DNA of 63,904 bases, counting the filler, from Acetivibrio sp. (GTDB lineage Bacteria > Bacillota > Clostridia > Acetivibrionales > Acetivibrionaceae): NCBI RefSeq assembly GCF_035371925.1. It is 8 parts of 8 records of this genome, joined end to end, with 100 filler letters (N's around TTAATTAATTAA, not from the genome) between each part and the next. Parts side by side here need not be neighbours in the genome. Positions count along the whole stretch, not along the records: positions 53,480 to 61,977 come from NZ_DAORXT010000113.1; positions 62,078 to 63,904 come from NZ_DAORXT010000179.1; 6 more parts are not named here. One strand, written 5' to 3'. Both the position numbers and the translations under genes were made by a program. Positions 58,385 to 63,904 of this stretch are shown here, piece by piece (within the stretch, counting starts at the first letter, position 1; each line of letters opens with the position of its first letter). Under the pieces are notes generated by a model. It was given only the letters and a program-made list of their open reading frames with translations. It was not told the origin of the DNA and made no database searches.

Positions 58385-58400
58385 AATGCCGCACTAATCA

Positions 58401-61370
58401 CTACATCCATATATTGCTCAGCTGCTTTTTCGAGCCGAAGAAATTTACTCTGCCATAATTTTCCACAACCTTCTTACCCTCTTCCCCTTTAAGGTACACA
58501 ATATCACCGGGGCTTACATACCTGTTCCAGTATTTTTTAAACACCAATGCCTTGTCCTTGTGATTAAACAGGGACGGAAGCGGATGATAGCATACCAGCT
58601 GAGGATTTGACTTGTTAAGTCCCCATCCGATCATGCAATTCAGCCTCTCAAAATTGCCCTCCGGCATTTTTTCCTCGTACCTTTGCACCGCATATCTCTG
58701 GTCCTCTATCGGTGCCAGTATATCTGCCAAAGCTGCGGCAAATGTCTGAGAGTCCTCCTTTGATGCCTCAAGATAAACCCTAAGGCTTCCATCCGCCCTT
58801 TCAGTGACAGTTATCTTTTTTTCATATAAATCACGGCTTATAAATCCGCATTCCTTCAAAGCGTAAAACAAACATTTCGATATGTCGGTTATGCAATCAA
58901 TGGCGGGACGCCCCATAAAAAGCTCGTTTCCATATTTCCAAAAACCTCTTATATCCGTAACGGACTTAACTCCCATAAGCACCCCTGCCGCAACAACCGG
59001 AAGAGCGCCAAAAGGCCCAAGAGTCATGCCTGCCGCCGCCATCATAATTGCCCCGATGCTTCCTATGCCGCACACTACTCCCAACTTAAGCTTTCTTCCC
59101 AAGGTACCGAACTCTTTTTTCATAAGTCCTGCGGTCTTGATTTTAGATGGCTTTGACATCCTTAGCTCACAGCAGCCCACCTCAATATTCGAAAAGGGTT
59201 CGCCTATTTTCCAAGCTTTATAGACTGTTTCCCGTTCCCTCAGCTTTTTTAACATTCTTGCGTTAATGCTCTGTATGCCTTCCTGCATTATTTTTGACTC
59301 ACTAAAGGACAGTGCCGCATCCACATGGTCAATTCCCTGCTGAATTCTTCCATCCTCACATATTCCGTAAAACTGCTTGTGTTTTTTCATAAGCCTTTCA
59401 AGGTCGTTATAACCCCTTTCAAGTCCCGGGGCAATGCATACCACATCCCAGTTGTTCGCCAGTTTCTGAGGCTCTTTTTCGTTCTTTCGGATGCTTCTTC
59501 CCCTCAACTGGTTGACCGAAGCAAAGGTTGTGGCAGTGGACAAGTCGATTAATGTATTTAGGGCAATGCTGTCCCATCCTTCACTGAAAAGTCCCCTTGT
59601 ACCTATCAAGCACTTTGTGACACCTTGTTCTAAGAGGTATGTGGTAAACAGCACCGCTGTTTTTGAATTCCAATCCCTGCCCGAGCCACAGATGGCACAA
59701 AACAGTCCTTCAACTCCCGGCTGTACTTCAAGCTTTACATCCAAGGAATTTTCTTTTGCCCACTTGGTCCCGATCTCCACATACTGATTTGATATATCGT
59801 CATCACAGAGCAGATTCTTCGCTGTTACCATTATGGGGTTGAGCTTGTCGATTTCAGGGTCTGCCGCCAGCTCCTTCAATACGCTTACGGCTCCTCCGCT
59901 CTCCTCGTCCAGCACATTTTCAACCTTCTTCAACGACAAAGCATTGGATATCTCAAAGTCTGTAATGACAGCCACCCTGAGTTTGTCTCCCATGCTGAGC
60001 ATTTCCTCTTTTATAATATCCTTTACAGCCAAAAGCTTGTTTTTGCTGTAAGCCAGAACGCGGTCAACGGGAGAATTGTGATTTCGTATTCCTCTTTCCG
60101 TAAGAATAAAACCAAGACTTCTTAACGCCAGCTTTATATCTTCATACAATACTTTATCTTCCTCGCTGTCGCTCACCTTGAGCTTGTGGAGGGCAAAATC
60201 CTCAATAAGATAGCACCAATCCTCCACCGTCATTTCATTATACATGTCTTCGGTTATCGTTATATCCCAGGGAAGCTTGCAGTCGTTTTTTACAAGGTAT
60301 TTAACACCTGCCGCGGCAAAACCCGGTCGTGAATTAATAAACTTCGTCCAATCCTGCTTTCCGCCGGATACGAGCTTTCTTTCAACAATCCTTTCCTCTA
60401 TCCAGTTGTAAAAATCGCATCCCTTTTTATCGAATTTCTCGATTAGTTTTTTATACCGCTCATGGGTGTCTTGTATGAATTTAAGCTCTTCTTGGGTCGG
60501 TATACAGAAATAAACCAAATCCTGATAGGGTGAGAGCATACCATCCTTTACTACTGCAGGAGTAGGAAGCTGAAAATCTATCTCTCCCAAAAGCGCAGTA
60601 TAACATTCATAGCTTTCCCCTTCATCGCTTGAAGGCGGAGTTGCAGTAAGCCCGATAATATTCGTTGCCTCAATCTCCTTTATTATCTCCCTCATTACGA
60701 CCGCCCAGTAATTCTTCAGGTGATGGCATTCGTCAAACACAACGGTCTTAACGCCCATTTCCTTAAGCTTTTTTATAAGCTCCCTCGTGTTGGGATGAAG
60801 AATTTTTAGAAAATCTCCGCCAGATTTTTCAAAAACGCTGTTTCGAAGCTTCTTTGTGTATTTGGAAAGCTCCTTGTTGTATTCGGCAAGATTCTTTTCC
60901 TTCATCTTGTGTATCCTGTCCAAAGCCTCTTCTTTGGCTATTCCCAAAGACTCGCTTATGGTTTCGGCCCACATGTTCTCGGACACATTTCTATAAGAAT
61001 CGGTGTCATTGTCCGGTATACTGAGCACCTGATATGTAAATACATTAATAGGCTTTAAGGAGTTGGGATTTGACCCTATTATATCATCCTTGTTAATATT
61101 CGAATCCCCAGGTATGAAAAGGTCAAATTTGTCAACCCACTGTCCCTGAATGGCCGTATTGGGGCATATAATCACCGCCGGAGACTTGAGTCTTATGACG
61201 CACTCTAATCCGACAATGGTCTTGCCCGCTCCCGGAGGCGCCACCACATGAAAATGCAAAGGACCGTTTTTACTCTTTAGCTGTTCATTTTTAAAGCTCT
61301 GGAGAATCATTTCCTGATGTTTTCTGAACGGATATTTAAACTTTAATACGTCAAATTGCGCATTGCTCAT
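58401..61370 (-). CDS. SF2 (DEAD/DEAH-like) helicase with a late hydrophobic hairpin
   Basis: APPGAGKT, VFDECHH, GLTATP, LFSEGWD, QLRGRSIR; hydrophobic stretch at 58966-59087. Confidence 0.85.
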   Translation of the reverse strand: MSNAQFDVLKFKYPFRKHQEMILQSFKNEQLKSKNGPLHFHVVAPPGAGKTIVGLECVIRLKSPAVIICPNTAIQGQWVDKFDLFIPGDSNINKDDIIGSNPNSLKPINVFTYQVLSIPDNDTDSYRNVSENMWAETISESLGIAKEEALDRIHKMKEKNLAEYNKELSKYTKKLRNSVFEKSGGDFLKILHPNTRELIKKLKEMGVKTVVFDECHHLKNYWAVVMREIIKEIEATNIIGLTATPPSSDEGESYECYTALLGEIDFQLPTPAVVKDGMLSPYQDLVYFCIPTQEELKFIQDTHERYKKLIEKFDKKGCDFYNWIEERIVERKLVSGGKQDWTKFINSRPGFAAAGVKYLVKNDCKLPWDITITEDMYNEMTVEDWCYLIEDFALHKLKVSDSEEDKVLYEDIKLALRSLGFILTERGIRNHNSPVDRVLAYSKNKLLAVKDIIKEEMLSMGDKLRVAVITDFEISNALSLKKVENVLDEESGGAVSVLKELAADPEIDKLNPIMVTAKNLLCDDDISNQYVEIGTKWAKENSLDVKLEVQPGVEGLFCAICGSGRDWNSKTAVLFTTYLLEQGVTKCLIGTRGLFSEGWDSIALNTLIDLSTATTFASVNQLRGRSIRKNEKEPQKLANNWDVVCIAPGLERGYNDLERLMKKHKQFYGICEDGRIQQGIDHVDAALSFSESKIMQEGIQSINARMLKKLRERETVYKAWKIGEPFSNIEVGCCELRMSKPSKIKTAGLMKKEFGTLGRKLKLGVVCGIGSIGAIMMAAAGMTLGPFGALPVVAAGVLMGVKSVTDIRGFWKYGNELFMGRPAIDCITDISKCLFYALKECGFISRDLYEKKITVTERADGSLRVYLEASKEDSQTFAAALADILAPIEDQRYAVQRYEEKMPEGNFERLNCMIGWGLNKSNPQLVCYHPLPSLFNHKDKALVFKKYWNRYVSPGDIVYLKGEEGKKVVENYGRVNFFGSKKQLSNIWM

Positions 61371-61562
61371 TTTCCCTCACCCACCCCGTAACATAATTAA
61401 AACGTAAAATAATTATATGATATTGATACATTTCTTTCAAGTTTTTGTGAAATTCTTTGATTGTTTTGTACAGGATGGAAAAAAACAAAAATAAATAAGA
61501 GGACTAAGTAATTAATCCCCTCATTTTATGATATTGACATGATTTTTATGATATTGGTACGA

Positions 61563-61766
61563 TTAATCAGTAATACCGAATCTCTTCTTGAACTTGTCAA
61601 CACGTCCGCCGGTATCTACAAGCTTCTGCTTTCCTGTGAAGAAAGGATGGCAGCTTGAACAAATTTCAACGTTGATTTTCTCCTTTGTAGAACCAGTCTC
61701 AAAAGTCGCTCCGCAAGCGCATTTTATAACTGTCTGCTGGTATTTTGGATGAATACCTTCTTTCAT
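61563..61766 (-). CDS. rpmE: 50S ribosomal protein L31, zinc-binding type
   Basis: [25 protein letters not shown]. Confidence 0.97.
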   Translation of the reverse strand: MKEGIHPKYQQTVIKCACGATFETGSTKEKINVEICSSCHPFFTGKQKLVDTGGRVDKFKKRFGITD

Positions 61767-61977
61767 CTTTTTCACCTTCTTTCATAAGCCTTTTGGGAAA
61801 ATGCATTTCCGACGCATTTTCATAACTTATTTTAATTCTGAGCCGAAATAGTTTTCAAAACGCAAACATTATTTTAACACAGATATTGATGATACGCAAG
61901 AATTATTTTTCAACAAATGCAACATTTAAATTGCAAGTTTAATTGCCTTACAAAATCTTACAGAACCCTGTTTTAAG

Positions 61978-62077
61978 NNNNNNNNNNNNNNNNNNNNNNN
62001 NNNNNNNNNNNNNNNNNNNNNTTAATTAATTAANNNNNNNNNNNNNNNNNNNNNNNNNNNNNNNNNNNNNNNNNNNN
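61978..62077. other. artificial contig linker
   Basis: 44 N + TTAATTAATTAA + 44 N. Confidence 0.98.
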
Positions 62078-62154
62078 TAGAATCCTTTTTGCTCAACCGG
62101 AAAGCGAATTCCGTGCGGTACAGAAGGAAAGAACCAAAAAACTTAGCGTAGGTA

Positions 62155-62600
62155 GTGTTCCTAATGCTGCGTATAAAATTTCATGGATGCCCGATATGCG
62201 GAAATGTGGTCCTCGGAACCGGTGAAGCCATAATCAACTGCCATGGAATAGTGCTCCCTGATCTGGATGCAGAGATACCTGATGATGAACACCGCATGAC
62301 GATTGAAAAGATTGAAGATGAGTATTATGTTGAAATTGCCATGATATGAGCAGAAAGCATTATATTTCCTTTATTGCTGCTTGCTCCCTTCACTCCGGAG
62401 AGTCCTTTGGGGATTACCAGCCGTTCCTGCGACAGATCACCGTAGGGTCAATATTCTTTAAGTCCGGTGAACAGGTTCTTGCCATTACCCCGGCCAGTTC
62501 CTCGGTCATTTTAACCGCGGCAGTAGCATCCATAATCATAACCGCGCCTATCGGAGCACTGCTTATTGACAGAACATATAAGAAACTCCTGTCAAAATAA
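62155..62600 (+). pseudogene. chimeric remnant: desulfoferrodoxin-like domain joined to a cation:proton antiporter C-terminus
   Basis: CPICGNV...CHG...EH...EDEYYV, frameshift near 62340, then (H)DMSRKHYISFIA; followed by SIIITAPIGALLIDRTYKKLL. Confidence 0.5.
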
Positions 62601-63162
62601 CGTAAGGTATGAAAATGGGCCCAGGACATCAAACCGAGCGGCTCGTGCCATGTCGAGTGCGTGGTATTGATTACAAAGCTGTAAGTATTTATTTAAGAGG
62701 GTTTCCAGAATTACATCTAAGTTGTCTACTCAACCTAAGGGGCTAAAATACGTACACGGAAACATATCGAAGAGGTATTTTGGGGGGGAATTTGAACCCA
62801 AAATAGGAAGAGTTGAGTTGACAGAATAGATAACGGGAATTTTTGATAGGGTTGAGGAGACAGAATGGATGATAAACTTAGTTCCATACTGAGGCCTGAA
62901 TTCAATTGATGTGACTTCTTCTTGTAGAATTAAAATCAGAATTAGAGGTTGATAACAATCTATTAAGATTATGAGAATGAAAGTACTGTCCTAATTAAGG
63001 ATAGTGTTTTTTCATTTTTTACACTTTATTTTTCGAAGGAATTCCTTTACATATGAAGAATAATTCGATATAATTAAAGCAATAATAAAAATAGACTTCA
63101 TAACATGAGAAAATAACTTTATAATTAAAGAAATTATAGCGCAAATTAAAGAGGTATCTGTA

Positions 63163-63904
63163 ATGGTAGGATATACTCAACTCGTAAAACTAAACACCTT
63201 TAGAATGGATGATGTATACAAGCTTGTTGGGAACAAAAAGACTGCATCTTCCCTTGTTCTTCGTTTGTCAAAAAAAGGTTTGGTGAAGAAAATCAGAAAT
63301 AATTTATATACATGTATCAATGTAGCCGATGGGCAGCCTGTGGCAACTAAATACCACATAGCTTGTGCCATCAATAATACTGCTTATCTTTCGCATCATT
63401 CAGCTTTTGAATATATGGGTATATCAAATCAGGTGTTTTATGAGATTTATGTTTCTTCTGAAAGCCGCTTCGATGATTTTGAATTCAATGGAATAACCTA
63501 TAAATACGTTTCATCGAAACTATCAAGTGGAGTTATAAAGCCTAGAAATACACAAGGAATTCGGGTCACCACACTGGAACGTACAGTAGTTGACAGTATA
63601 AAAGACTTCGAAAAAGTCGGAGGTCTTGAAGAACTGCTGAATTGCATAGAATCTATACCATACTTGAGCGAAAATGAATTAATCAAGTATTTGGATGCAT
63701 ATAATCTGCAGTTTTTATATCAGAAGACTGGTTTTCTAATGGAACATTATAAAGACCAATTCCAGCTATCTGATGAATTTATATCCTATTGCAGGAATAA
63801 AATCGGGAAAAGCACACGTTATCTGACGAAGGATAGTACAAAGTATTTGAATGAATGGAGATTAGTGGTTCCGGAATATCTTTTTCAAATAACTGAGCAG
63901 GGAG
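63163..63904 (+). CDS. type IV toxin-antitoxin AbiEi-family antitoxin, open at the window end, not in the ORF track
   Basis: read by hand: GAGGT RBS, MVGYTQLVKL..., winged HTH KKGLVKKIRNNLY, YLSHHSAFEY, VTTLERTVVDSI; no stop before 63904. Confidence 0.85.
   Translation, partial: MVGYTQLVKLNTFRMDDVYKLVGNKKTASSLVLRLSKKGLVKKIRNNLYTCINVADGQPVATKYHIACAINNTAYLSHHSAFEYMGISNQVFYEIYVSSESRFDDFEFNGITYKYVSSKLSSGVIKPRNTQGIRVTTLERTVVDSIKDFEKVGGLEELLNCIESIPYLSENELIKYLDAYNLQFLYQKTGFLMEHYKDQFQLSDEFISYCRNKIGKSTRYLTKDSTKYLNEWRLVVPEYLFQITEQG

Noticed and set aside
62620..62900. Possible coding remnant after the antiporter fragment
   Set aside because: Interrupted by stops with no recognisable motif.

Overview
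The window is not contiguous DNA. It is eight draft contigs joined by artificial 100-nt linkers (44 N + TTAATTAATTAA + 44 N). The six complete contigs fall in length (9010, 8847, 8617, 8612, 8534, 8498 nt), so they appear size-sorted and adjacency across linkers has no biological meaning. Core genes (dapF, mbl-flgF-flgG-flgJ, fabZ, murC, purR-spoVG, rpmE, tRNA cluster, T-box, c-di-GMP-I riboswitch, SLH protein) suggest a spore-forming, flagellated low-GC clostridium, probably Acetivibrio/Hungateiclostridium-like (inference). Contigs: (1) dapF, a lipid-linked glycosylation cluster with a CBM-fused PMT/GT39-like enzyme, and tRNAs. (2) Phage packaging/head module with an MT-A70 methylase. (3) Split Tad-like protein, c-di-GMP-controlled WG-repeat surface protein, amino-acid ABC transporter. 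(4) tRNA-Arg-integrated PICI/P4-like satellite carrying a ParB-like plus TGT/DpdA-like pair. (5) Housekeeping genes. (6) A translationally coupled operon: a membrane protein ending in ten A-C-H-S repeats, an RRE-radical SAM-SPASM enzyme, a membrane protein and a GNAT. (7) SLH protein, phosphoesterase, amidase-like protein, SF2 helicase, rpmE. (8) Gene remnants and an AbiEi antitoxin. The best candidates for undescribed systems are the ACHS-tail/radical SAM operon (48228-52867) and the satellite ParB-TGT module (30620-32978). Family calls come from motif recognition by eye; no database searches were run.
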